This document shows positions 38,740-51,187 of a stretch of DNA of 64,000 bases, one piece after another. The notes under the pieces are model-generated. The model did not search any database. It was given only the letters and a program-made list of their open reading frames with translations, and was not told the DNA's origin. Within the stretch, counting starts at the first letter, position 1, and every line of letters begins with the position of its first letter. The translations under genes and the position numbers were made by a program. Origin of the DNA: Zootoca vivipara (lineage: Eukaryota); NCBI RefSeq assembly GCF_963506605.1, contig NC_083280.1, forward strand, positions 33,356,001-33,420,000, in the 5' to 3' direction.

Positions 38740-39094
38740 AAGTTGGGTATGTTTAGCCTGGTAAAGAGAAGAGTGCAAGGAGATATGATAGCCATTTTCA
38801 ATTAACTAGAGGGCTGTCACATGGGGAGGATGCAGCAAGCCTGTTTTCTACTGCTCCGGAAGCTAGGACCAGAACCAATGGATTTAAGTTACAAAAAAGG
38901 AGATTTCGCCTAAACAGTTGTGACAGTTGAATAGACTCCCATGAGATGTGGTGGACTCTCTTTCCTTGGAAGTTTTTAAGCAGAGGTTGGATACAGCCAA
39001 CTGTCATGTATGTTCTAGTTGATATTTCTGCATTGCAGGGGGTTGGAGTAGATTACTCTCGGTGTCCCTTCCAGTTTACAGTTCTATGATTCTA
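38740..39094 (+). mobile_element. CR1 LINE 3' fragment
   Basis: LGMFSL.KRR..GDMIA motif and TTCTATGATTCTA tail. Confidence 0.85.
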
Positions 39095-39277
39095 TTTAGA
39101 ATTCCCCAAAATTTCACAAGTCTGTAAAGCAGCACAGTGAACTGCTATTTAGAGGAAGAGGTGTATGAATTGAAATATCAGAAGCTTCACTGCACATGCA
39201 GAATTCACCATTCACTTTTCATGCCAATGATGGGGTCAACAGTTGTAGAAAGTAGGAGGTGGCAGATGAGCAGAACA

Positions 39278-39367
39278 CATAGCTGCCAAGTTTTCCCTTT
39301 TCTCGCGAGGAAGCCTATTCAGCATAAGGGAAAATCCCTTTAAAAAAGGGATAACTTGGCAGCTATG
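39278..39367. mobile_element. 90-bp hAT MITE
   Basis: Perfect TIR CATAGCTGCCAAGTT/AACTTGGCAGCTATG; 8-bp TSD GCAGAACA. Confidence 0.9.
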
Positions 39368-40150
39368 GCAGAACAGGGATGAAACTTTGCCCCAAGTAAT
39401 TAGTTGCATGGCATTTGAGTAAAGTCTTTGAAAGCTCCCCCCCCCAAAAAAAACCCTCAATATATTTCTGCCTGCATTTGATGTAAGCAGTCCTGCTATG
39501 ATTAACATGATTTCTCAGCACCTGCCTTAAAAAAAAAGTCACTCATATGCAAAGCTTTGTTGATTAAGCAATCAGTTAATATTGAATGTCACTAAAGTCT
39601 CATTATCTCACCAAGTTGTCAAGACTGGATCAATTCCCATCCATCATCCTGAAAGACTACACTAAGCTTCACATCCAGATTCATGCAACCGATACTGTAA
39701 TTAAGCAGCAGCCTTAATGATCCAATCAGACAAGCCAATACTGCAAGCAAGTCTAAACCCAATTCTTCAGGTCTAGCTTCATGAAAAGTTGAGCAACTGT
39801 AAATAAATATGGCATATCAGACATGAAAATAACATTCAGTGCCACAGAGATACACTCTGCTTCTATATACAGTTGTCCAAAAATCATCACCATAATGAAA
39901 AAATCCAACACAGGTCATCAACATCATTAATTGAATGAATAAATATGTTTCTATCCTGCCCTTCATCTAAAAGGCACCAAGGGTGACAAACATCAAAATG
40001 TTATTACAATACAATTTAAAATAAAATAAAAATATTTTTAAAACAACTGAAAACCATCTAAAGACACCTAAATCAACCATAAAGCTCACAATTACTAATT
40101 TCAAGATTTCCATTACCAGTATCTTTCAGCCATTAAATGCCTGGGTAAAC

Positions 40151-40153
<3 letters not shown>

Positions 40154-40197
<44 letters not shown>
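40154..40197. repeat. (AT)n microsatellite
   Basis: Direct reading. Confidence 0.95.
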
Positions 40198-40200
<3 letters not shown>

Positions 40201-40927
40201 GGTCGGTACTGAGGGAGACAGACACACCACAACAGAGCAAGCATTTGATGGAGACCCACTGCTGAGAAGCCCCTGTCATTTTTAATTTTTTTGATATTTT
40301 ATTGAAGAATTTTCAATCATAAAGGGAAGCTGTGGTAGTGCTCACCAAATATCCTACCAAGAATGGCTGCTGCAGAAGAAAATATCCCTGCATCATGAGC
40401 CATGTATGTGGAAGCCTAACTAGCCCTCTGAATCCAGTGCCACATCTAATGCACCAGACACCTTTAATTCTGCCATTAATTTTCCCTCGAGACTGCTGGT
40501 TTCCCTCCAATAATCATCAACTTCTGCCAAGTACACAGAGAGACCTTTTATATATGATCCAGTTGATTAAGATGCCTATGTGACTGCAACAACTCTAAGG
40601 CAGGAAACTTAATTGGTGTGATTCATGATGGTTACTTTTGTTTTGATTAACCTACAATTGCCCCCAAAGATAACCTCTTTGCAAATTCAGGTCACCACAC
40701 ATAATAAGCACCTTCTCTATAAAGCATCTCTCCCTTCCTCTATTAGTCCTCTTTGAGGTTTTTTTTTGTTTCCTCTTCAGATCACATATTTTGCCTTTGC
40801 TTAGCCCTCTTTGTTAAACATTTCCTTCTAGCCCTCCTGAATAAAAATTCTTCCTGCAGCAGCCACTTTTTCCATTGGTATTTTTCCATACTAAAACTTT
40901 AGTGCTAAACAAACAGAAAAACAGCTA

Positions 40928-41160
40928 CCCGTTCTCTGAAAATAAGACACCGTCTTATATTTATTTTTCCTCAAAAAACCCCCACTATGGTTTATTTTCA
41001 GGGGGTGTCTTATTTTTTCCTCCTCCTCCTGCCGCGGCCGGCATTGCTGCTGCACCTATCACTATGTCTTATTTTTGGGGTATGGCTTATATTCCTTGAA
41101 TACTTAAAAATCCTGCTACGTCTTATTTAATGGCTACGTCTTATTTTCGGAGAAACAGGG
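40928..41160. mobile_element. Tc1/mariner (pogo/Tc2-like) MITE
   Basis: Imperfect TIR CCCGTTCTCTGAAAATAAGAC/GTCTTATTTTCGGAGAAACAGGG flanked by TA; internal GTCTTAT repeats. Confidence 0.8.
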
Positions 41161-41214
41161 TACTATCAATAGCTTGGCATAGTATTTATAGCAGACCCAT
41201 TTCTTCATCCACAT

Positions 41215-41378
41215 CAGGGCCGGCTCTAGGTAGCCCCCCGGTGGCGCGGTGCGCCAGGGCGCCGGGCCGGTAGGCAGGGCGCCGTGCGGAAACCATGCTG
41301 CGTCCTGCGAGGGCGGGGGCGCCAGAGTGATTTCCCCCCCTCAGCATCAGGGCACGCGACCTGCTCGAGACTGCCCTG
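41215..41378. mobile_element. GC-rich hAT MITE, 164 bp
   Basis: CAGGGC...GCCCTG termini; perfect 8-bp TSD ATCCACAT. Confidence 0.85.
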
Positions 41379-42414
41379 ATCCACATCAGAATTTCAGAAA
41401 GCCATGGGACATTGGGGCAAGTACAGACTAATCCACTCCAGGACTTTCCGTGGGCAAGCAGGACAAGGGTATTCGGCAAGGAAGAACATTAGTATCCATG
41501 TAACTGTATGCAAAGCAGAAACTCTAAAGTAAAATTATACCAAGAACAGTGCAAATCCAGATTCTTATTTCCAAGAGCCACAGGATTCTGAACACAAATT
41601 TGTTGTGTTTGTGTGAATAGATTGCTGCAGAAACAGAGCTTAGTGGGGAGTGAGTGAGGTGGTGGATGTGGTGGCAATATTTGTGGAGGCTTTTAAGTAC
41701 AACTGCATCTGTTGAACAGTTAGTATAGCTTGATAAGAGCAGAAGTGTGATTTTAACATGTATCCATTGTTAGGTAATTGGTAAAATAATAATAATCATA
41801 ATACTATGATACTTCTGAAACACATTATTTGCATGGCTTGCTGCAACGCTAAGCAGCCAAACTGGAGAATGAATTTTTAGTGAAGAGGTACCGGGTAAGT
41901 GAGGAAAGGGGTATGTTGCTATGAAAACACCAACAACAGTTACATGAACAGTTTCATTTGATATATTTTCTCATGTCCTTGTAGCCCAGCAGGAAACAAG
42001 GGCAGGGTGACACAGAGAACCAGGATTAAACGAGACTACCAAACTTGAACATAGTGACAAAGCACATGTAGCACGAACTGCAATTCACAAACAAAACCAT
42101 GGTTTCAGATTCTGGTTCATTGACATCAAACAAGCTTTGGTTAGTGAGCCTAGCCAGGTTCAGACATACAAATATAGCCTAGAATTAAACCAAACAAACT
42201 ATGATTTAGCTTTACATCTATGTGCAAGAACTCAGTAAACACCAGCATTCTCCACACTGGGCCAACCAATTACACCACACTGGTGAAAAGCAGGTGAAAT
42301 TTACAAATAGCTATTGTAATTTTACTTCACAGGATTGGGCAGGATTCTGCTTTCTATAAATGAGACCACGAGAGAATAGTGAGAGGGAGGGAGGGAATCT
42401 ACCAGGTGTATAAC

Positions 42415-42546
42415 CAGTGCTTTTTTCAGGGACTACTCAATGATACGTAGCACCAGCACCTCTTTTTGTTATTAAAAAGTGTGACACTTAGTGTAACAAT
42501 TTCATGGTGAGTACCAATACCTATTTTTCTAGAGAAAAAGCATTAT
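42415..42546. mobile_element. Degenerate hAT-type MITE
   Basis: CAGTGCTTTTTT...AAAAAGCATTA termini. Confidence 0.5.
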
Positions 42547-43992
42547 GTATCTTATGTTAAATCTTAAAAACAAAGACAACTTAATTAACTGTAGGGAGGA
42601 CACCAGTTTTAAGAAATCAGTAGCTTGACTCATTTTCAATTATTTTTCATATTTTTTGCTTCCCCAAAGCACTTTAGAAACTGAATTGTACCCAGTGAAT
42701 CTTTCATGTGAGCTGTAGAACTTAAACATTATGCAGATCATACATAAGAGTTAAAGGAATAAGATTAGCTGCTGAGCATGACCTGCTGTGTATGTTTTTG
42801 CTTTGCAGCAGGGAGCATGGAGACCATCTCAGCAGAAATAATCTGCTTGTCCAGGAATATTGCTAGGAAAATATAGTCTGTTTTAATGAAGTGAAAGAAT
42901 TGCTGGGCACAAACATGGAAAGAGAACGAGAGCAAACAAAACCTAAGCTGAGGAAAGTCAACATGGCTTCTGAAAAAGGAAGGCATTGTCAAATACTAAA
43001 AATTCTTTTTGAGTACATGAACAAATGTGCAGACAAAAAAAAATATGTTCTGCAATGTTAGGTATACATTTATTTTTGGTACAGAAAGTATTGATCTAAT
43101 TTGTAGAGTTTTTTTCAATTCTAATCAATTCAAGAAAGTTCTGGAAGCTTCTCTGTGTGATACAAACTGGAAGTTTCCAGCTGACAAGCAAGATTCTATT
43201 CTGCCTAGAAACAAGCAGAAGGTTCCTGAGGTTTTGGTTAGTCCTTCAGAGAAGCTGAACAGCCAGTTCAAACTGGTTCTGTCATCTCTTTCTGTCAAGG
43301 TCATGCTGACTATAAGAACAGGCCAGAAAGAGCCAGGGTTTCTGTCTGTCTGTCTTTTCTTCTGGTGTGGTGGTTTGTATATAGAATGATTATGTTAAGG
43401 TTTTTATTGTAAGTAAAATAGAGCTACTTTCATCTTAAAGGAGACATCCAGAAAAGCTATTTTGAGTGGTATAGGGCTTGTTAATATCTAGCCTGCTTAA
43501 CAGGATGCTCTGTCCTTAGAACAGGGGTGTCAAACTCAAATTCATCGGGGGCCGCATCAGCAGTTTGGTCACCCTCAAAGGGCCGGTTGTATCTGTAGGA
43601 CTATGTGTCCACTCTTTATTATCATAAATTATTGTCACTGCATTCAATTATTACTGTTTTTTGTAATAATGTAAGTAATAACTAGCGCTGAAAGCAGAAA
43701 CATAGTCAGAATAATGGCAAGTAGATATTCAAATGTACAATTATTGTACAATTTATTGAAAAAAGATTTTTGGTAACTGCACTGGGTGGTGGAGGCTCGC
43801 TAGGGTTTCATGCAGGAGCTTTGCAGAGCTACTGGTACCTGGAGATGCTGGGGTCCTTCTGCATGCAGGACAGATGTTCTGCCAGTGAGCCACCACCCTT
43901 CACCAAAGGGACTGGCTGAGGTTGACTCACTGGAGCTGCTCTCCTGGTTCCAGGGTTTAAGGGCCAGAAGTATAAAGCAGCATCCTATGTTT

Positions 43993-44132
43993 NNNNNNNN
44001 NNNNNNNNNNNNNNNNNNNNNNNNNNNNNNNNNNNNNNNNNNNNNNNNNNNNNNNNNNNNNNNNNNNNNNNNNNNNNNNNNNNNNNNNNNNNNNNNNNNN
44101 NNNNNNNNNNNNNNNNNNNNNNNNNNNNNNNN
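43993..44132. other. Assembly gap (N run)
   Basis: 140 N. Confidence 1.
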
Positions 44133-44458
44133 TAGGAAATAAGGAAGGGAATAAAGAAGGAAAGAAAAAGAAAGAGGGAGAAAAGACAGAAAGGGAGAAA
44201 GAAGGAAGGAAGTAGAGAGGGAAAGAAAGAATGAGAATGAGGGAGAGGAAGAAAGATGGGAAGGACGGAAGGAAGGAAGGAAGGAAGAAAGAAAAGAGGG
44301 AGCAGGAGGGAGAGAGGAAGGAAAGAGGGGAGAGAAGGAAAGAAAAAGAAAGAGGGAGAGAAGACGGAAAGGGAGAAAGAAGGAAGGAAGTAGAAAGAAA
44401 GAATAAGAATGAGGGAGAGGAAGAAAGATGGGAAGGACGGAAGGACGGAAGGAAGGAA

Positions 44459-44489
<31 letters not shown>

Positions 44490-44670
44490 GGAAAAGAGGG
44501 AGCAGGAGAGAGAGAGGAAGGAAAGAGGGGAGAGAAAGAAGAGTAGGAAAGAAGGAAGGGAATAAAGAAGGAAAGAAAAAGAAAGACGGAGAGAAGACAG
44601 AGATAAAGAAGGAAGGAAGGAGAGGGAAAGAAAGAATAAGAACGAGAGAGAGGAAGAAAGAAAGGGAAGG
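44133..44670. repeat. Purine-rich low-complexity tract with ~180-200 bp higher-order repeats
   Basis: Almost entirely A/G; repeated gagggagaggaagaaagatgggaaggacggaagg blocks. Confidence 0.9.
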
Positions 44671-46663
44671 GGGGTGTCGCCGCCTTGATTCAGCGCCAGA
44701 AAAGAGCGCGAAGGGACCCAGGGGCAAAAAGCATTTCCCGTGCAGCGTGAGGCAGCGGGTGTCCGTTTTAGCAGACGTGGGTAAAGCCTCAGAGTTGCAC
44801 GTCCATGAGGCTGAGCCGCTGCTGAGCTCACGTTCATGAGGCTGAGCCGCGGCAGGAGGAGGAGGAGGTGAGGCAAGAAGAGGAGGAGGCGGCTTGTCGG
44901 GTCGGTGCCCGGCAGCACCGTATGGAGAGTGCCGAGCCTCTGGGACGCAGCAGTGCTCTGTAGCACTTTGAATCCTCCTCCTCCTCCACGCGGCGCTGCT
45001 GGGTGCTTTGTCTGTGCTTGTGCTTCAGCAGCAGCAGCAGCCGTTTCCAGGCGCCGAGCCATGGCAGGAGGAGGCTCGGGACTCTCCGTGCGGTGCTGCT
45101 GGGCGCTGACCCGGCAAGCTGCCTCTTCCTTCTCCTGCTGTGGCTCGTGGCACTCCACGCAGCGCTGCTCCTGCCGCCTTTCTACCACCCCAGGCCCCAG
45201 CTGTTTGTCGGCGCTTTGTCAGCACGGCGCTTCAGCAGCAAGGTCCCGCTGCTGGGTCCCGCTGGCTGGGGCGCTTGGCGGGCCACATGACGAGGTCTGG
45301 CGGGCCGGATTTGGCCCCCGGGCCTTGAGTTTGACACCCATGCCTTAGAAGGCTGCTGTGACAATTCTGAAAGACACTTTAAGCTGCTCGTCTCAATAGA
45401 AACTCGGGTGCCATTTCTTTGGCAGGTCTGAATGAGTTGTACATTATCTGGTATAGTATTATGAGATCAGTTTCGGCTTCTAAGGCCTAGTGATGCAGGC
45501 AGGGTGCTTGTGGCCATTCAGTAAACTACATGCTCCATTGACCCTTACCCATCGTGTCTGATTTGAGTGAGCTAGCAGCAGTTGACTGGGTGTTTGTTTA
45601 ACCCAGTGATGGTGAACCTATGACTTCTTAGCCTAGAGCAGCAGCACTTCACAGGACAGGAGGATGGATTTGATTCTACCCTTTATTCCTAAATATTCCT
45701 TTATTCCTTCTTGAAAATGACTGGCTGGCTGTGTATTGTTTTGTTATTTGTGGCTAGTGGGTAAATTCTGTTTAACCAACTTTTCAAAAGAAGCAGCCCT
45801 TGCTGGTTTACTATTTAGACATTCTGGGTGCCCACACATTTACTTACTTATTTAAAATATTTATAACTGCACGTCCATAAAAATGCAACAAGGCAGTATA
45901 CACCATTCAAAAGTTAAACAGTAAAAACATTAGAAGACGATACAAGTGTTTTGACAACAATATGTTAAAGAATCAGGGATGCTTCTCTTTGCTGTTTCTG
46001 AACAAAGGGGCACCATGTTTTCCTCTACAACCATCTAGGATCTCATCTGTTATCCATGACTTCCTGGATAAAATATCTAATTGTTTGGAGATTTAGCACC
46101 CTGGAGTGAATTTCATCAAATCCTGCTGATTCAAATTCATCCAAATAGGTTTAGCCTTTCCTGGTCTGCAGTCCTTGTTAAAATTATATTAACCATCTGG
46201 TCACAATTCATCCTTTTCAAATGATAAAACAAGATGAACACAGGCATTCATTCATCTATTGTAAGCAAGGTCATATTCAAGGTATATCTAGGGTACTGGT
46301 TTATTTCAATTTTGTAAGCTAATATAAGATTTTTATCAAGAATACATGATTGTTTGGTGACATGCTAGCATAAATACACATTTTGTATGGTCTGTTTTTC
46401 CTCAATTAAAATATTTTGCATATTCCTTTGCATTCCTTTTTATTTTATAATTTTGTGACATGAGGGTACATGTATCATTTCATAGAATGTTATTATATTT
46501 TATGACTGGTTTTAATTGTTGTTAGCCACTTTCTAGTGATTTATCACCACTACAAAGGTGGGATCTAAAATGCATATATACATTACACATATAAACACAG
46601 AGCAAGGTAAAATAAAAAAATTCCTTCAGTAGCACCTTAAAGACCAACTAAGTTTATATTTTG

Positions 46664-46701
46664 GTATGAGCTTTCATGTGCATGCACACTTCTTCAGATA
46701 C
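46664..46701 (-). ncRNA. Minimal hammerhead ribozyme motif (PLE left arm)
   Basis: Minus: GTATCTGAAGAAGTGTGCATGCACATGAAAGCTCATAC. Confidence 0.65.
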
Positions 46702-47230
46702 ACTAGAAACAGAAGTGTCAGACCCTATATATATACAGAGGGTGGTGGGGGTGGGTGGGTGGGAATGGGAGATGGGCTGATGGGAGTGGTAAACCTGTAG
46801 ATGGATGTTAATGGCTGCTGATGGCTGCAATTAGTCCTGGGCTGAGGTGCTAAAGAAAGCTTGATCATGCATAATGAGATAAGAATCCGATGTCTCTATT
46901 CATCCCAGGTGCTTCCATGGTTTTAAGCTTGGTAATGATTTCCAATTCAGCAACTTCCCTTTCCAGTCTGTTCCTGAAATTTCTCTGTAATAAAACAGCT
47001 GCTTTGAGATCTTGTATAGAATGTCCTGGGAGATTGAAGTGTTCTCCTACTGGTTTTTCAGTCTTATGGTTCCTGATGTCAGATTTATGTCCATTTATCC
47101 TTTGGCGTAGGGTTTGGCCTGTTTGTCCAATATAGAGAGCTGAAGGGCACCGTTGGCAATCATTCCCATTCCCACCCACCCCCACCACCCTCTGTATATA
47201 TATATAGGGTCTGACACTTCTGTTTCCAGT

Positions 47231-47268
47231 GTATCTGAAGAAGTGTGCATGCACACGAAAGCTCATAC
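47231..47268 (+). ncRNA. Minimal hammerhead ribozyme motif (PLE right arm)
   Basis: Plus: GTATCTGAAGAAGTGTGCATGCACACGAAAGCTCATAC. Confidence 0.7.
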
Positions 47269-47993
47269 CAAAATATAAACTTAGTTGGTCTTTAAGGTGC
47301 TACTGAAGGAATTTTTTTATTTTGCTTCGACTCAGACCAACACGGCTACCTACCTGTAAACAGAGCAAGGTGTTCCTTAAAACATTCAGGGCCCAGGTCA
47401 TTCACATGTTTCATTGTACAGGTAGCTCACACCATGTGTTTAGCTGCTATTGGGAGATGTTGCAGCCGTATTCTGCTGCTTTGGGGACCAAGTTTTTTGT
47501 AAAGCTGCCTTTTGTGAAAACCGTATGAACTTTTTTGGCTGGCAGAACTAATCCAGTACAAAAATTAAAATGAGGATGGGGCAACACATACAGTCTTCTT
47601 TATGAAAAGTCATAAGAATTTCCAGCAATATATATCTCTAATCTAATCTATCTATCTATCTGCAGATTGGTTTTACTACATATAATGCATACTTTCTATT
47701 AAAAAGCAAATTGGATTTACTACATATAACACAGATGCATACTTTCTATTCCCACTCTGCAAAAAGTTACATTAGCAAACAATGGTTCTGCAGAACTCTA
47801 GAAGACCTTTGGTTTCATATAGATAATATCCAACTCAACCAAGTTAAAACATTTGTAAGTCTCTAACTGAGCCAACAGTAGATTCACTGGTAGAATCTCC
47901 CCTCCAGCCCCCAACTTCTGCACTAGAAGGTCCCTCAGTCATCTGGAACAGATTTTGAGGGTGCAGGGGGAAGCATTGGATATAAGCTTCTGT

Positions 47994-47995
<2 letters not shown>

Positions 47996-48052
<57 letters not shown>
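47996..48052. repeat. Compound (TC)n(CA)n microsatellite
   Basis: Direct reading. Confidence 0.95.
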
Positions 48053-48053
<1 letters not shown>

Positions 48054-48964
48054 CAGAATGTAAATAATATTATGGGTTAAGGTTATATTTCTAGAAGCTA
48101 CTGGGCAACTGTTTCATAATGTGAAGAGCTATTACAGCCACACACCTCTTTTGTTTAAATTAATGTATTTTAGTTCATCTTAATAATTCCTATCCGTAAT
48201 GGGAATTTCAATTACATTGTTGTCTTTATTATGTTGAATTTTTAATTTAAAAAGGAACACTTCAAGCATAGAACCGCATATTCCTTTCTCTACTAAAGCT
48301 TTCATATTCAGCCTTCTCTTCACTAGTTTCCATGGACCATTTAGACAATACAGACAGCTATAAACAGCCCAGAGTATGTCAAAGCAGTATAGAGAATCTT
48401 TTCCATTTTAGCTAACAGTGAAAGAACTGGGCAAAGTTAACAAAGACCTTTACAATTTATTTATTTCTTGAATGAATAACTATGGTAGATAAGTTACTAT
48501 TCAATTTCAGTTGCTAGGATATGTTAACTTTGTCTTCTTTTAAAAGCCTTACTCTAAATAAGATTGCTATTCAGCTGCCTCATAAATATCAGTGCCTTCT
48601 ACACTATATTTAACTTTGGCAGTATTTTTGAAAAGCTTAGCTGAGGACAGTAAATCAACCTTTTCTGCAAGCCATCTTAACTTGTTCTACCTATCTATAT
48701 TTTGAAGTCACCATTTCATTTAACTAGAGTACATTGTACAGTCCTGCTGACACAACATACAGTGGTACTTCTTCCAACACGTTTTCAGAGCTTGTTTCCA
48801 GTACATTTTATAATTAGAACAACCATTGTGTGCCTGCTAAGAGCAACTGCACATATTATTTTTCATTATTTATACACCTAAAATCATTTGTCAAATGTGC
48901 ATTGATCAGCACACGACCAGCGTGCATAAAACTGTCAGGTTGTTATTAGCAGTCATGTTTAGGC

Positions 48965-49592
48965 TCTAGATCCATTTCAGTCTGGCTTTCGCCCTGGTCA
49001 TGGGACCAGGACGGCTCTGGTCGCGTTAACAGATGATCTCCATAGACAGCTGGATCGAGGTGGGTCGGGACTGCTGATTCTTTTACATTTGTCAGCAGCC
49101 TTCGATATGGTCGATCACGAACTTTCAGACCACCGCCTTGCCGACGTGGGGATTCAGGGCACAGTCCAACAATGGCTGCATTCCTTTATCTCAGGTCGGG
49201 AACAGAAGGTGGCGCTACGGAGGGAGTTGTCGCCGTGGCACTCCTTGGTGTGTGGAGCCCCGCAAGGCGCAATCCTTTCCCCAATGCTTTTGAGTATCTT
49301 TATGCGCCCCCTTGCCCAGATTGTCCGGAGTTTTGGGCTGGTTGTCATCAATATGCTGATGACACCCAGATTTATCTGTTGATGGACGGCCACCCTGCCT
49401 CGGCCCTGGACACACTGACCAAGTGCTTGGAAGCTGTGGCTGGATGGCTACGTGGGAGCCGGTTGAAGCTAAATCCTTCGAAGACAGAGGTCCTCTGGCT
49501 GGGTCGGGACGACATGGGGTTGGGGGGCCAACTCCCATCTCAAGAGTCTGGGTGTAACCTTCGACGCCTCCCTCTCCATGGAGGCACAGGTT
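48965..49592 (+). mobile_element. L2-clade LINE reverse transcriptase fragment (frameshifted)
   Basis: LDPFQSGFRPGHGT.TAL, LSAAFDMVDH, GAPQGAILSPML, HQYADDTQIY, LKLNPSKTEVLW. Confidence 0.9.
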
Positions 49593-51009
49593 TTGTATGT
49601 CAAAGACAAGACCTTGAATTGGGAATAGGATAGGTAGAAAATACAATTCTCTCAGAAGCAGTGTAATATGAATTCTTCCGGCCAAACCAGTCAGTAGTCT
49701 AGTTGCCTTCTGCACTTCTTTCAACATTCTGAATTGTCGTCTTCAAGGAAAGCCCCACCTACAGCATATTGGCTGGGAGGACAGAAATGATGTTTTGCTA
49801 ATTCCATTTCTCAATATAGCACCCAACAAACCTCTAGGACATTGTGGGAAGTGATGCTGAACTTCCTCTCAGGAAATGCTGCCACTGGCCAAGAGGAAAG
49901 TCTGGATCCAACACTATGTAATCGTAGTTTCCAACCAATGCAGACTGAACACTCACATTATACCAGTACTGCAACAGATGATGTCTGAAAACAAGATTAC
50001 GCAAGTCATAGTGTATGACTTGCCAGGAGGAAGAAAGAAGACCATCAACTCAGAATGCTTCTGGCTCATGGCTCTGGTTTTATATTAATACAAATGCTTC
50101 TCCAAGATCAAAAAGTATCAAGGTAACAGGTGATAATAAGAAAACTGAGATGGAGTGATTTATATTTCATCTGAAAGCATTGCAATGTGCAGACTCTGCT
50201 GTAGGTTCAACAGCATACTGTGGCACCATACAGCAAATTCTTAAAAACAAACGAACACAAATTTTGTAGTATTTCTATTTGGATTATTTTTAAACTTCCC
50301 TAACATCCATGACATAATATCACAGTGCAGCAGCAGCAGCAGTCCATTTGGGGAACCATTTCCCACTGCAGATTCTACTGCTGCCGTTTTCTGTTTATTC
50401 AGACAACAGCTTAAAAGTTACCTATTGCTGCAGGCCTTCGGGATATAGCATAGATGATTTTGCAAAACTGCATTGCTTATTGTGGTGTATTATTTAATGG
50501 TATTTTAAGGTGATGTTTTTATTTTGCTTTAATGCTTTACCTTCAATTGTTGTTTACTGTTATATTTTGTATGTTGTTAGCTACTCATGAGAAGAAGCAA
50601 GATATAAGCATTATTGTTATTTAAAGAGGGAGACAAAGCAAGAAGAATGAAACAGTTCACAAATATTATTTGGTTTAAATCCTGTAGCACAGCCTTCCCC
50701 AAGCACGGCCTTCCAGATATCCCTGGAATACAACTCATAGTCTTCCCTGATTACCAGTATTGACTGTTCTGGCTAGTTTGAGCAGTTGCACTTCAACATC
50801 AGGTAGTCGGGAAAGGATGCTCTTGCTAGACTCTTTAAATATCAGAAAGTCTCCATTATCTCTCCCCAAGAGTGGTATTTCTCACCCTACAGTCTGTATA
50901 CATTTATTAGTGCTTACAGATTCAGCCACCCCTTTTACACTTCTAGAATCCTCTATGATTTGTTGTGTTCTTTCTGCTTTTCACATTTCTAATAACACCC
51001 ATATTTTCA

Positions 51010-51187
51010 AAATAAAAAAATTCCTTCAGTAGCACCTTAAAGACCAACTAAGTTTTTATTTTGGTATGAGCTTTCGTGTGCACACGAAAGCTCATACCAA
51101 AATAAAAACTTAGTTGGTCTTTAAGATGCTACTGAAGGAATTTTTTTATTTTGTTTCGACTCAGACCAACACGGCTACCTACCTGTA
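51010..51187. mobile_element. Palindromic Penelope-like insertion (fold-back pLTR plus tail)
   Basis: 73-bp arms 51008-51080 and 51081-51153, one mismatch, no spacer; tail 51154-51187; 13-bp TSD ACCCATATTTTCA (50997-51009 and 51188-51200). Confidence 0.9.

Larger units (their letters stand above)
43522..45342. mobile_element. Large non-autonomous hAT element with internal SINE fragment, purine-rich repeats and a GC-rich segment
   Basis: TIR CAGGGGTGTCAAACTCAA/TTGAGTTTGACACCCATG; perfect 8-bp TSD CCTTAGAA (43514-43521 and 43343-equivalent at 45343-45350). Confidence 0.85.
46609..47359 (-). mobile_element. Penelope-like element: GIY-YIG fragment flanked by inverted pLTRs
   Basis: ORF 46865-47266 contains CQRCPSALYIGQTGQTLRQRINGHKSDIRNHKTEKPVGEHFN...EREVAELEIITKLKT..PGMNRD; ~160-bp inverted arms; ~35-nt extra tail on the right arm; 12-bp TSD ACAGAGCAAGGT (46597-46608 and 47360-47371). 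Confidence 0.92.

Noticed and set aside
43800-45348. 462-aa and overlapping ORFs
   Set aside because: They span an N gap and low-complexity purine/pyrimidine repeats within a hAT element
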